Program-made: the position numbers and the translations under genes | The notes under the pieces: generated by a model | Told to the model about the DNA's origin: nothing | The model's input: only the letters and a program-made list of their open reading frames with translations | The model's database searches: none | Source: Promethearchaeota archaeon | Lineage (GTDB): Archaea > Asgardarchaeota > Lokiarchaeia > Sigyniarchaeales > SOKP01 | Reading direction: 5' to 3' | Assembly (NCBI GenBank): GCA_019057865.1 | Contig: JAHLWP010000006.1 | Span: forward strand, 32,001 to 96,000 | Length of the DNA: 64,000 nucleotides | Shown: in pieces, positions 40,400 to 51,290 of the stretch | How the letters are laid out: each line of letters starts with the position of its first letter | How positions within the stretch are numbered: position 1 is the first letter of the stretch

Positions 40400-42316
40400 T
40401 TACATCTCCTCTAATTTTTTTGTTATAGAGTTTTTTAATTCCTTAGAAACTATCGCTCCATCTATTTTACCTCTAACTTTTTTCATGACTTCTCCCATTA
40501 GAGGTCCTATTGCTCTCATTTCTCTTTTTTTTAATAAATCTATATTTTTATTTACAATCTCTTCAATGACTTTCTTCAAGTCATCGATAGAAATACTTTC
40601 AATGCTTAATTTTTCTTTAACCTGTTCAATAGTAAGATCTGGAAAATCTGCCTTTATAATCATTATGTCTTCAATTGCTTCTTTTCCAATTCGTTTATTT
40701 TTTAGATCTTTAAAAATTTCTTTATAATCTACATCAGTGATATTTTCTACTTCTTTACCGTCTCGTCTAAGTGCCGTTGTTGTTTCTAATAATGTTGTTA
40801 AAATTATTAAAGGATTATCTGGAAATATTTCAATCAATTTATTGAAAAGAGATAATTTCCCATTAAAGATTAGATCTTTTATCATGCGATCTTCTACTTC
40901 ATATTTTTTTGAATATTCTTTAATAGTTACCCATGGATACTTAGGAAGATTTTTTCTAATTTTATCGATTTCTTTTTCTGTATTTATTATAGCTGGTGAA
41001 TCTGTGTCAGGATATAACCGTGCTCCACCATGTAATTCCCTTAAAAATTCTGTATTTCCATTTTCAAGAGCTCTTCGTGTCTCAGGGGGTACTCCTTTGA
41101 ATGCATATTTTACTCGATTTATTATAACATCCATAGCTTTCTCAATTTCTTGTTTAGAGCCTAATAAAAGTACAAAGCAATCATTTTCTTCAATTTTCAA
41201 CCTTTTTTTAATATTTTTGATACTCTCTTCAGAGAATTTGTAATTTTTCAAATCTTCATCTGAATGAATTAGTCCTTTTAAGCCTGCTATAGATTTTACC
41301 TTACTACTTACTTCTGTTCCAAATCTATAATCTTCCATTAATTCTTTTCCAAAAATTCCTTTAAATCCTTTAAAGTTAATACCAAATAATTTCTTCCCAG
41401 ATTTTATGCCCTTAACTATAAAATTCGATTTCGAATCCCCCATTATTTTAGTTAAATCAACAAGCTTTTCAGATACATCTTTTTCAGTTAAATTTCTATT
41501 TGCTAATTCTTCTTTTATTTCCAATAATTTAATTTGACGAGAGATTTCATGATTAATCAAGAGAGGGATCCAACCTAATTTTTGTACTCCTTTTATTTCA
41601 ATCCGGGTTCCTGCTTTAATACTTACATTGATATCTTGTCTAATAGAGCCAAGTACTTTTTTTACATTGGTTGACCATAATAATAATCCAATTCGTTCAG
41701 CACATTCTCTACATTCATAAGGATTGTTTATATCTGGTTTAGTTGTAACTTCTACCAGCGGAATTCCTAAACGATCTAATCTAAAATAGTTATTTTTATT
41801 TTCAGTTTTCATTTTTCTTGCTGCTTCTTCTTCCAAACTTAAGATATCTATTCTAATTTTTTTACCATTTTCAAGATGTATAAATCCATCAGTCCCAAGT
41901 ATCATAGTACGTTGAAAGCCGCAAGGAACACTACCATCTAAATAATTTTTTCGGCATACGTGCATCTCTTCAATAATATTCGCATTAAGAAGTAAGGCAA
42001 GTTGTAATGCAATGCTTTTTGCTTCTTCATTACAAAAAAATGGTGGAGTTTCATCAAGCTCATAAGTACATATTACATCATCATAACCTTCATATATGAT
42101 ACCCATACCTTTTTCATATTCAGTTAACATCGCCTTATCGTAAACTCCCATCTCCCCCAATACGGGTCTCTGTGTTCGTGCTATTGTAAAATCAGGTTCT
42201 CTCGTGCCTTGAAGTTCAGCAGGGCATCGACAAAATAGTTTTGTTTTTGTATCTAGTTGTTGATGAATTTCTAAACCACAGATGAGCCCTAATTTTTCAT
42301 AATTAAACTCTTGCAT
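40400..42316 (-). CDS. gatE: Glu-tRNA(Gln) amidotransferase subunit E
   Basis: GLEIHQQL, GFQRT, LDRLGIPLVE, IRQDINVSI, GVPPETR, ARLYPDTD. Confidence 0.96.
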   Translation of the reverse strand: MQEFNYEKLGLICGLEIHQQLDTKTKLFCRCPAELQGTREPDFTIARTQRPVLGEMGVYDKAMLTEYEKGMGIIYEGYDDVICTYELDETPPFFCNEEAKSIALQLALLLNANIIEEMHVCRKNYLDGSVPCGFQRTMILGTDGFIHLENGKKIRIDILSLEEEAARKMKTENKNNYFRLDRLGIPLVEVTTKPDINNPYECRECAERIGLLLWSTNVKKVLGSIRQDINVSIKAGTRIEIKGVQKLGWIPLLINHEISRQIKLLEIKEELANRNLTEKDVSEKLVDLTKIMGDSKSNFIVKGIKSGKKLFGINFKGFKGIFGKELMEDYRFGTEVSSKVKSIAGLKGLIHSDEDLKNYKFSEESIKNIKKRLKIEENDCFVLLLGSKQEIEKAMDVIINRVKYAFKGVPPETRRALENGNTEFLRELHGGARLYPDTDSPAIINTEKEIDKIRKNLPKYPWVTIKEYSKKYEVEDRMIKDLIFNGKLSLFNKLIEIFPDNPLIILTTLLETTTALRRDGKEVENITDVDYKEIFKDLKNKRIGKEAIEDIMIIKADFPDLTIEQVKEKLSIESISIDDLKKVIEEIVNKNIDLLKKREMRAIGPLMGEVMKKVRGKIDGAIVSKELKNSITKKLEEM

Positions 42317-42469
42317 ATTAATTCAAATTTTCTTTATTAAAATTATTGCTATAAGGAAATTATTTTATTACAGAATTTTAATGTAATGTATTTTAAATAC
42401 AATATCTATTCAATTAATAAGATTTAAAATTATTATCAAAATTAAATTAAATCTTAAGGATTTTATTTA

Positions 42470-43555
42470 TTATGATTTAAATTCCTCCAAATATAATCTG
42501 CCATTATCTTGAGAAATTTTTGAGTAATTAGAGAGGAAATCTAACATTAATTTTCTTTCAGATACATTCTGAGTTTTTGATAATCGAATTTGAAATTCAA
42601 GGTCTTTTTCATTTTCAATGGAAATCCAATGCAATTTTTCAAAAAATCTTAAAATACATAGAAGAAACTCTTCTTGAGTACCAAAATTCTTAATTTCATT
42701 TTGTATTAAATTTATCCATTTTTCTCCAGCATTTTTATTACTAAAGTTTATGATTATATCTTTATCTTCAGCCATTTTCATCCATAAATAATAAGTCCTG
42801 TCATTAATAATTCTATAATAATTTGTAAGGAAAGAGAGATTATGCTCAATAAGTTTAAACCTTTCTTTTTTAGCAATATCTTTTTTGAAGAGTAAATCTG
42901 TTTCTTTTAAATCAAATCTACAGTATAATTCCGTATCTGAAAATGTAACATCTGTGATTTTTACACCTAATACACCAAACACAGCGGCATTAAATTTACA
43001 ATTTTCGAAAAATAGATTCTTGTAAGTCCCAATAAACTCGAAAATGCCGGTAGCATAGTGAGAATTTTTAGTTGTGAAAATATCTAGTTTCATTTCTTTT
43101 GTTAAGTTGTTAGCTAAAAAAAATCTTTTTATCATATTAAACCTATTTTTTAGTTCCTCATAATCTTGAGGCCTTACATCTTTTATAAACATCCTTCTTA
43201 TCGCAAATAAAAAACGAGGTGCTTGTTTAAATCTGAATGTTGTGTATCTATTTGATCTTACAGCCATCTCATGAAAGGGAATAATACCTCTAAATGTGAA
43301 TTGATCGAAGAAGTTCAATGTGTGACTATCGACAAATCTTTCAAAATCATCGAGAGTCTTTCCTTTCTCAAAACAATCCATTGATTTTTCCATAACATAA
43401 TTATAAAATGATGAAATACTACTAAATCTCTTATCTTCAGGATCTTTTCGATGATTTACATTGACATATCTTTCAACCCAGTCTTTGAGGGCAGGAGATA
43501 TTGATATTGTTTGTTGCGCTGTCTTTTTATTTGATAAATATTTTCTCGAAGTCAT
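42470..43555 (-). CDS. Hypothetical protein with possible N-terminal RHH-like DNA-binding region
   Basis: QTISISPALKDWVERY...SSISSFYNYVM. Confidence 0.6.
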   Translation of the reverse strand: MTSRKYLSNKKTAQQTISISPALKDWVERYVNVNHRKDPEDKRFSSISSFYNYVMEKSMDCFEKGKTLDDFERFVDSHTLNFFDQFTFRGIIPFHEMAVRSNRYTTFRFKQAPRFLFAIRRMFIKDVRPQDYEELKNRFNMIKRFFLANNLTKEMKLDIFTTKNSHYATGIFEFIGTYKNLFFENCKFNAAVFGVLGVKITDVTFSDTELYCRFDLKETDLLFKKDIAKKERFKLIEHNLSFLTNYYRIINDRTYYLWMKMAEDKDIIINFSNKNAGEKWINLIQNEIKNFGTQEEFLLCILRFFEKLHWISIENEKDLEFQIRLSKTQNVSERKLMLDFLSNYSKISQDNGRLYLEEFKS

Positions 43556-43929
43556 GGTTTATCATAATATGATTTTTTCAAAAATAGAATTATAAATTTA
43601 ATATATATTTAATTATAATAAGGAAGAGTCTTTTAAATTTACGTAAAAAATACTAACAGATTTTTCTTTTTAAAAGTACAATTTTATTATGGATATATTT
43701 TCATGAAATTAATTTTTATAATTGTTAAATACAATTAAGTTTTTATTGTTTTGAAACCAATTTTTCCTAATTGTATAGTTTAAATATGATTTGATGCTAC
43801 TTATTATTGTTTAAAATTTTACACTTAAATAAATGTTCCTGTCAAGAAGACCATATTTTGAATAAAATCGGGGAGTAGGGTAATTCCAGGGATAAAGACA
43901 AAATCCAAAAGGAAAAAAAAATAACTAAC

Positions 43930-45615
43930 TTAATTTAATCGTTTTGAAACATAAGGTCCGTTTATTTTATAACCCAAATCGTAAAACCAGCTCCTTGCTC
44001 CGATACCACTTATCACAGCTAATTTTTTTGTATCAAATTCTTGAAAAGCTATTTTTTCAGCATTTTTCATTAATAACTTTCCAAATCCTCGATGTTGAAT
44101 TTGAGTATATCGATTTGGTTTCAAATCTTTTGGAACGAGTTCTCCAACTACTTTGATTTCTCTAACAATCATTGTTTTTCCATCATTCAATTCAGGTCTA
44201 TGAGCAAATTCGGAAGGTTTTCTTAAGCGAAGGTATCCTATTAAATAATTATCTTTTTTATTTTCATAAGATAAAAATATCTCATTACTTTGAGATGCTT
44301 CATAATCAAAGCGATATAATTTGACATTTTCAAAATCATTTTGACCTAAAGTTTTCCTCCTTTTACTTATACCATATTCTCTACATCTTATGCAATTACA
44401 ATTAGCATCTAATTCTTTTAGCCTTTCTTGGACAAGTTGTCTTAAATTACTTTTTTTGCAACCAGCTTCTATTAATGGAGCTGGTATATCACGCATGATT
44501 CGTTGGATTCGTACATAGGGAGGTAAGTTCCTTTTCACATTTGCTAATAAATTAATTAATTCATGATTAGAATAGGGTGTATAAATTCCTTGTTTCCACC
44601 AATTGTATAATTCTGTGCCTTTTACTACCACTGTGGGATATATTTTTAACATATCAGGACGGTAATTAGGATGAGAGAACAAGTAATCAAACATTTCTAA
44701 ATCTTTGGAATAATTAGAAGAAGGTAAATTCGGCATCATATGGGCATTAACTTTTAGGCCCGCATCTTTAGAGATCCTTATCGCTTCTATACTATCATCA
44801 GTAGTGTGTCCTCTCTTAACTAAATCGTAAATTTCATTAAATACAGTCTGAATTCCAATCTCAACTCTTGTGGTTCCATAGAATAGCATTCGATCCACAT
44901 CTTTTTCCTTACAATAATCTGGTCTTGTTTCAATTGTTATTCCTATTATTCTTCTTTTAGAGTTTTCTGCAAGCTTTTGAGCTTCTTTTAAACTGTTTAC
45001 TTTCTTTTCAATGATTCCCTCTAAAGCACCCTTAACAAACTTTTCTTGATAACTGATATCAGAAGACAAGAAAGTTCCTCCCATAATTATCAATTCTATC
45101 TTGTCTATTTTATGACCTATGGCTTCTAAATCTCTTATCCTACTCTGGACTTGAAGGTAAGGATCATAATTATTATGAATAGAACGCATGGCAGCCGGTT
45201 CTCGACCAGTGTATGATTGAGCAACTTTTTCTCCCGGTTGAGAGTCTTGCCCTGGACAATATATACAAGTACCAGGACAAGGAAGTGGTTTAGTCATTAT
45301 GGCTATTACAGACACTCCTGATAAAGTTCTAGTTCGCCTTCTTTTAAGAATTTGAGTTATAATTTCTTGTTCTTCAGGAGTTGCATGATGTAATACAGTT
45401 GCATTTTTGATTACTTTTTTATAATGATATTTCTTACCTATTCTTCCTTTAATATTTGTGATTTTTTCACGAGACACTTGAGGATTTTCCATTAAATATT
45501 CAATGATTTCTCTTGAAATTTTCCTGGCTATTTCAACGCTCTTAATTTCTGATGGAACCATCTTATTTAAATGTATAGTAGAGTTTACCTTTTTTATAAA
45601 TTTAATATATCTCAA
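43930..45615 (-). CDS. elp3: Elp3 tRNA U34 carboxymethyltransferase (radical SAM + GNAT); start probably 45561
   Basis: RTLSGV, CPGTCIYCPG, ETRPD, QHRGFG, ISGIGAR. Confidence 0.95.
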   Translation of the reverse strand: MRYIKFIKKVNSTIHLNKMVPSEIKSVEIARKISREIIEYLMENPQVSREKITNIKGRIGKKYHYKKVIKNATVLHHATPEEQEIITQILKRRRTRTLSGVSVIAIMTKPLPCPGTCIYCPGQDSQPGEKVAQSYTGREPAAMRSIHNNYDPYLQVQSRIRDLEAIGHKIDKIELIIMGGTFLSSDISYQEKFVKGALEGIIEKKVNSLKEAQKLAENSKRRIIGITIETRPDYCKEKDVDRMLFYGTTRVEIGIQTVFNEIYDLVKRGHTTDDSIEAIRISKDAGLKVNAHMMPNLPSSNYSKDLEMFDYLFSHPNYRPDMLKIYPTVVVKGTELYNWWKQGIYTPYSNHELINLLANVKRNLPPYVRIQRIMRDIPAPLIEAGCKKSNLRQLVQERLKELDANCNCIRCREYGISKRRKTLGQNDFENVKLYRFDYEASQSNEIFLSYENKKDNYLIGYLRLRKPSEFAHRPELNDGKTMIVREIKVVGELVPKDLKPNRYTQIQHRGFGKLLMKNAEKIAFQEFDTKKLAVISGIGARSWFYDLGYKINGPYVSKRLN

Positions 45616-45710
45616 GTTATATATTAAGCCGTGAAGTTAATACTTTACGATATACCTATTATCTTAATAAAAACTTGGAACTATTTTTAGATTTGATGTT
45701 AATATAGATC

Positions 45711-46562
45711 TTATTCTAAATCAATTTTCTTACCCGTAAAATCTCTTTGATATTTTCCAAAATCTTTTATTTTCTTTAGAGTTTCCAGACCAAAAATTGG
45801 TCCGTCTTTACATACCAATAAACCTAATGGATCTAATGTGCATAATCCACATAAACCACAACCACACCTCATAATTCGTTCAAGACTGGCATAGAACCCA
45901 ATAGAATGCTTCTCACATATTTGAAATAATCTGTATAACATAATTTCTGGACCACATGAATACACAATTAGATTTGATAACTCTTCTTTAGTATAGTTTT
46001 TTATCAAATCCTCAAAAACATCAGAAGCAATTCCTTTTACTCCATAACTACCATCATCCGTACAAAAATAAAATTCTGAAAAATCTTGATTATATAATTG
46101 GAAATCATCCATAAACATCAGTTCTTTATTAATTTTAACTCCTTCAATGACAATAAAGTGATAGTTCATTCTTATTAATTCAGATGAGAGCCATTTTAAG
46201 GGTGCCATACCTATTCCACCTCCAATTAAAATTAGTCTTTTTGATTTATCAGTTGGGATTGGAAAATGATTACCTAATGGTCCTCTTACACCAATATAAT
46301 TGCCTAAAGTTAAATTATATAATGCGTTTGTACATTCTCCAACATTTTTTACTGTAATAGACCAATTGCCGTTATCATCATAGCCAGAAATTGACATTGG
46401 GACCTCATCCACTCCTGGAACCCAGACCATTACGAATTGTCCTGGTTTTGGAGCGATATAATCTTTATTCTCCTTTTTCAGGTTAAAAAATAAGGTTTTA
46501 ACACCATTACATTCATTAATAACTCTCTCAACTTTTACAGTTCTTATCATATTCTCAGTCAA
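45711..46562 (-). CDS. pyrK: Dihydroorotate dehydrogenase electron transfer subunit
   Basis: PGQFVMVW, GGGIGMAP, CGPE, CGCGLCGLC..VCKDGP. Confidence 0.93.
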   Translation of the reverse strand: MTENMIRTVKVERVINECNGVKTLFFNLKKENKDYIAPKPGQFVMVWVPGVDEVPMSISGYDDNGNWSITVKNVGECTNALYNLTLGNYIGVRGPLGNHFPIPTDKSKRLILIGGGIGMAPLKWLSSELIRMNYHFIVIEGVKINKELMFMDDFQLYNQDFSEFYFCTDDGSYGVKGIASDVFEDLIKNYTKEELSNLIVYSCGPEIMLYRLFQICEKHSIGFYASLERIMRCGCGLCGLCTLDPLGLLVCKDGPIFGLETLKKIKDFGKYQRDFTGKKIDLE

Positions 46563-47481
46563 AATCTGGCACCTCTTGTGTTTTGAACTGATGAGCTAAA
46601 CCTTTTATGTCATTTATCGATTTATATTGGTTATCCTTGAGATAGTGAATAATTCCTTTATTAATTTCAGTAATAATTTCAACTCCTTTATATAATGCTG
46701 TACCAATTTGCATTGCTGAAGCTCCTGCTAACAAAAACTCTACCACATCCTCCCATGAATCAATCCCCCCACAGCCAATTATAGGAATTTTTAATATTTT
46801 ATATAAATCATACACTTTTTTTATGGCTATTGGATGTATTGCTTTCCCTGATAGTCCACCACTTCCATGAGATAAAATAGGTCTTTTAGTATTCACATCT
46901 ATTTTCAATGCTGTTAAAGTATTTATCGCAACAACTCCATCAGCTCCTCCTTTTTCAGCAGCTAGAGCAATTTTTCCTATATTTGTAACATTAGGGTTTA
47001 ACTTTACGAAAAGTGGTTTTGATAAATGTTCTTTTATATATTTTACTATCTGATAAGTTAAATCTTTATCAATTCCAATAGAGGCAACTTCTGCATGAGG
47101 GCAAGAGATATTAATTTCAATGGCATCAGCTCCAGCTTTTTCAGCTTTAGTTGCTACTTCAAGATAAACCTCTTTTGTATCTCCAAATACACTCACAATT
47201 AAAGGAATATTATTTTCTTTTATTTCTTTAATTTCCGATATAAAATCATCAATCCCAGGATTTCCGAGTCCAACACTATTCATAAAAGTTCCGGGGTAGA
47301 TTTCAATTATAGAGGGGTTTTTATATCCTTTTCTTGGTTTTGGTCCTATAGATTTAGTAGTTACAGCACCAGCTCCAGCATTAATGACTCGCTTCATCGA
47401 AGAAAAAGATACTCCTAAAATCCCTGAAGCTAAAATTATAGGAGATTTTAGTTTTAAACCAGATAGATTTATTTCTAGCAT
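46555..47481 (-). CDS. pyrD: Dihydroorotate dehydrogenase B catalytic subunit
   Basis: ASG, NISCPH, KLNPNV, INT, GGLSG. Confidence 0.95.
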   Translation of the reverse strand: MLEINLSGLKLKSPIILASGILGVSFSSMKRVINAGAGAVTTKSIGPKPRKGYKNPSIIEIYPGTFMNSVGLGNPGIDDFISEIKEIKENNIPLIVSVFGDTKEVYLEVATKAEKAGADAIEINISCPHAEVASIGIDKDLTYQIVKYIKEHLSKPLFVKLNPNVTNIGKIALAAEKGGADGVVAINTLTALKIDVNTKRPILSHGSGGLSGKAIHPIAIKKVYDLYKILKIPIIGCGGIDSWEDVVEFLLAGASAMQIGTALYKGVEIITEINKGIIHYLKDNQYKSINDIKGLAHQFKTQEVPDFD

Positions 47482-47558
47482 TTTTTAAAAGAAAATAATG
47501 ATTATAATTTTATAATAATTATTAATGAAGATAAAATAACATAGATTAAAAAAGAAAA

Positions 47559-48770
47559 ATGAAATCTTACATTGCAGATACATTAATCGGAATTTTTGCT
47601 TTTGATGAGACCGGAAATATTTTGAATTTTATTGATTTTGATGGTGATAACGTAAAAATTATTGAATTTTATAATGCCATCGAAACAAATGTGATTTTGA
47701 AAATATATGAAGATTTTCTACTCGAATTAACTAATTCCGGTTTTAATGAATTTATATTCGATAATAAGAGGTTAGAACTATTAACTTCAACCAATTTAGG
47801 ATACAATACGATATTTAAAAATTTGTCAATTGAACTGAAGAATTTTCGCTTAACATTGGAACACCAATTAAAAAAAATAGGGATAGTTAAATCTCAAACT
47901 GAAATACTTAGACAATTTAAAGAGATAAGTGAGCAATTAACAAAAATAAAAGTAAGTCAAGCAGGAGGAAAAGCTGATATAATTATAATACAAATAATTA
48001 CCACCGTAGATATCATTAAGAAATCACTAAATTTATTTTCTGCTCGGCTGAGGGAGTGGTATGGTCTACATTTTCCAGAATTAACAGATAAAATAATTGA
48101 TGATGATATTATATTAGCAAGTTTAGTATCAACTTTAGGTTCTAGAAATAAATTTACTTTAGAAAATTTAAAGAAGAATTTTGATCTTAAAGAACGAACA
48201 ATTGAAAGGTTAACACAACAAGCTTCAGAATCTATGGGCGCTGATATTGATCTTACAATTATACAAAATTATGCTCACCAAATTATTGCTTTAGATCGAT
48301 ATAGACAAGAATTAGAGATATATTTAGAAGACTTAGTTGAAAAAACAGCACCAAATATTAATGCAATCATAGGCTCTTTAATAGGAGCAAAATTAATTGC
48401 AAAAGCTGGTGGTTTAAGAAAGTTGGCTTTTATGCCAGCATCTAGAATTCAACTACTAGGAGCTGAAAAAGCATTATATCGCTTCCTTAAAACAGGGGAA
48501 AAAAGACCTAAACATGGTTTGATTTTTCAGTGGAATCAAATTAGATCTGCGAAAGTGAGTCATAGAGGGAATATTGCTCGGATAGTTGCAGGTAAAATAG
48601 GAATTGCCGCCAAGGTTGATTTCTTTGGAGGTGAATTCATAGGAGATATCTTAACAAAACAAGTTAAAGAAAAAATAGAAGAAATAAAACTTAAATACCC
48701 TATAACTCCAAAAAAAACTAAATCACAAAAAATAAAACAAAAATCAAAAAGTAAAAAGAAAAAAAATTGA
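47559..48770 (+). CDS. nop5: Box C/D RNP protein Nop5
   Basis: RLREWYGLHFPEL, IQLLGAEKALYR, PKHGLIF. Confidence 0.95.
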   Translation: MKSYIADTLIGIFAFDETGNILNFIDFDGDNVKIIEFYNAIETNVILKIYEDFLLELTNSGFNEFIFDNKRLELLTSTNLGYNTIFKNLSIELKNFRLTLEHQLKKIGIVKSQTEILRQFKEISEQLTKIKVSQAGGKADIIIIQIITTVDIIKKSLNLFSARLREWYGLHFPELTDKIIDDDIILASLVSTLGSRNKFTLENLKKNFDLKERTIERLTQQASESMGADIDLTIIQNYAHQIIALDRYRQELEIYLEDLVEKTAPNINAIIGSLIGAKLIAKAGGLRKLAFMPASRIQLLGAEKALYRFLKTGEKRPKHGLIFQWNQIRSAKVSHRGNIARIVAGKIGIAAKVDFFGGEFIGDILTKQVKEKIEEIKLKYPITPKKTKSQKIKQKSKSKKKKN

Positions 48771-49489
48771 GGGATTTTATTTTAAAAATGATAAATATTG
48801 AAATTCGAAATCATCCAAAATTTTATAATGTCTATATATCAGGACCTCAAGAAAACTTAAAACTCTATACTAAAAATTTAACTTTAGGGAATAGAGTGTA
48901 TGGGGAGCGATTAATTAATTATAAGGGGATTGAATACCGAGAATGGGATCCCTTTAGGAGTAAGCTAGCAGCTATATTATTAGAAAATCCTATTACTAGC
49001 TTTTTAAATAGAAACTTAAAATGTTTGTATTTAGGAGCATCATCAGGAACAACAATTTCTCATCTTTCAGATATTGTTCATGACGGAATAATTTATGGCA
49101 TAGAATTTGCGGAACGAAGTATGAGGCAACTAATTCAAAATACGTCTAAAAGAGCAAATATTGTACCGATATTAGGAGATGCTCGGTATCCAGAAACTTA
49201 CTCAAATTCAATATTTACCGATATAGATTTAATTTATCAAGATGTTTCTCAACCAAATCAAGCTGAGATTGCTATTATTAATTCAAATTATTATTTAAAT
49301 GATGAAGGTACAATCATAGTAGCTATAAAATCTCAATCAATAGATAGTATTACTAAATCAGAAAAAATTTATAAACATGAGAGAGATATTTTTGAAAAAT
49401 CTGGTTATAAGATAATAGAAAGTATAAATATTCATAGATACGCTGCTAATCACATAGTTTTAATAGTGAAGAAAAAGGGAATTAGTTAA
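48767..49489 (+). CDS. flpA: Fibrillarin-like rRNA 2'-O-methyltransferase (start possibly 48788)
   Basis: VYGE, REWDPFRSKLAA, LYLGASSGTT, YQDVSQPNQA. Confidence 0.96.
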   Translation: MRDFILKMINIEIRNHPKFYNVYISGPQENLKLYTKNLTLGNRVYGERLINYKGIEYREWDPFRSKLAAILLENPITSFLNRNLKCLYLGASSGTTISHLSDIVHDGIIYGIEFAERSMRQLIQNTSKRANIVPILGDARYPETYSNSIFTDIDLIYQDVSQPNQAEIAIINSNYYLNDEGTIIVAIKSQSIDSITKSEKIYKHERDIFEKSGYKIIESINIHRYAANHIVLIVKKKGIS

Positions 49490-50210
49490 AATATTCAGTA
49501 ATTTTTCTATTCTCTACTTCTTCATTTAAGATTTTTTTTGTTGTAACCCATGATTTCCTAGCAAACTGAGGGGGTTTTTTATTTTTTTTTATCCAATCTC
49601 TGAGGAAAGTTGTCGTTTTTATATCAGAAGGATAACCAGAGCCAAAATCACCAAACTTTTCTTTCAATTCTTCTATTAAATTATCTCTTATATCTTTTGC
49701 AATTATTGAACTTGCCGAAACTATAGGATAGGTATCATCAGCTTTATGTTTAGAAATAATTTGTCTTGGCATATATTCCAATAACATTCTAATTGATTCT
49801 CCGAATCTTTCTTCATTGACATCCGCAGCATCGATATATATACTATCTGGTTTTAACTCATTTATAATCTCAGCAATTTTTAATTCTTCTAGTCTGTTAA
49901 TAGATATTTTCCTCTCTTCTCTCTGATCGATCTCCTTAGCATTAATTACTATAACTTTATAAGAATGACAATTATCTTTTATTGCTTTAGTTAATTCACT
50001 TCTTCTTTTAGTGGATAATTTTTTAGAATCCTTAACACCAATTTTAGATAAAAAATCTAATTTTGACCTATTAAAACAAACACCACATAAAACCATTGGA
50101 CCTAAGACGGGCCCTTTTCGCATATAATTCGAATTGGACTATATTCTACCAGCCTCGTCTATTCCACAAACTATATCTAATTCTTCATTATGATTCTTGG
50201 ATGAGTTCAA
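49482..50210 (-). CDS. rnhB: Ribonuclease HII interrupted by a 30-nt insert; spliced CDS join(50210-50146,50115-49482), 232 aa
   Basis: TTG start after GAGG. Exon 1 MNSSKNHNEELDIVCGIDEAGR; exon 2 GPVLGPM..GVKDSKKL..IDAAD..HKADD..SASSIIAK..GSGYPSD; PIP-like NRKITEYF. Confidence 0.9.
50116..50145 (-). other. Candidate bulge-helix-bulge mRNA intron in rnhB
   Basis: AATATAGTCCAATTCGAATTATATGCGAAA contains an in-frame TAG (50139-50141) and an AUAUAG/UUAUAU hairpin; removal restores DEAGRGP. Confidence 0.8.
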
Positions 50211-51192
50211 TGAATTCCTCTTCATCATCAATTTCTTCTAAATTTTTAATTCTAACAATAGGAATTTTATTTTTTAAAAAAGTATCTGGGATTTTAATGT
50301 TGTTATTTACTATGAAGAGCGCAATTTTATGAAATAAGTCGGTAAACATTTTTAAGCATTTAGGATTTAACTGTTTAATCTTGTTTTGATCTTCACTAAT
50401 TCCTGAAAAAAGAGGATAAAAACCTTCTATTTTAGACTTGTCAGTTTTGGAATATAATGATAATTTGAAGGGTATTGAGCCTCTTTTATACCAATAGGAG
50501 GAAATCCCAATATCTTTGAATATTGATTGAACATGAGATTCAAAATCACTTAATTCGCTCTCCTCCATAAAATCACTTTGATCTATTTCGTATTTGAATT
50601 TCCAGTCAAAAATATTGATTTTTTTAAAAATTTCACTATCTTCTAAAATGTTTTTAATGTTTTCAGCTACTTTTTCAGAAGGATGCATACTTTCATTTTC
50701 ATAAGCACATACGGTTCTTTTTGTAACTCCAAGTTTTTCTGATAATTCTTTTCTCGTTATTGATTGCTTTTCTCGTAAGGTTTTCATCACATTGCCATTT
50801 ACAAATACTATCCCTCCCCCTCTCTTAGCAAGTATATAAGGATATATATTTTCATCTAAGATCTTTTCTAAAGTATTAAAAGTTATAAATGGCAATCCAT
50901 TCCTAATATAAATAGTATCATCTTCTAATTTTTGATATCGATTCCTAATTCCAATTAATAACGGTTTTGATTTTAGTATTATGGATAAAGATTTAATATC
51001 ATTAATTATATCTGGGGTTATATTATCAATATTCGGAAAAATTTTTAAGCTAAAAATTAAATCATTCTTTTTAACTAATATATCAAAACAAAATTTGTTT
51101 TTTTTTGAGGAAAAATTGTCTAAAGCAAATGTTTCGAACTTTGCCTTCCTTAATAAAATATTAATTTTCTGAAGAATCTGATCAATCATCAA
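50188..51192 (-). CDS. Archaeal HTH-type regulator (COG1395-like)
   Basis: FDILVK..LK...NID, LEDDTIYIRNG, AKRGG, Cro-type HTH LSEKLGVTKRTVCAYE. Confidence 0.85.
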   Translation of the reverse strand: MMIDQILQKINILLRKAKFETFALDNFSSKKNKFCFDILVKKNDLIFSLKIFPNIDNITPDIINDIKSLSIILKSKPLLIGIRNRYQKLEDDTIYIRNGLPFITFNTLEKILDENIYPYILAKRGGGIVFVNGNVMKTLREKQSITRKELSEKLGVTKRTVCAYENESMHPSEKVAENIKNILEDSEIFKKINIFDWKFKYEIDQSDFMEESELSDFESHVQSIFKDIGISSYWYKRGSIPFKLSLYSKTDKSKIEGFYPLFSGISEDQNKIKQLNPKCLKMFTDLFHKIALFIVNNNIKIPDTFLKNKIPIVRIKNLEEIDDEEEFIELIQES

Positions 51193-51290
51193 TTCTATTT
51201 ACTCTAAAGACTATATACTATTAAAAAATAATTCATTTATATATTAAATATTAAATTATCAATAAATACTTTCTATTAAATATTATAATA

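Noticed and set aside
43830-43920. Slightly GC-richer patch downstream of elp3 as an ncRNA or C/D guide
   Set aside because: No convincing C/D boxes or stable stem found by eye.
50116-50145. TAG read-through (pyrrolysine) or restart at ATG 50123 as explanation for rnhB
   Set aside because: Read-through would put 10 residues inside DEAGRGP; restarting loses the catalytic Asp-Glu. Splicing or pseudogenisation fit better.
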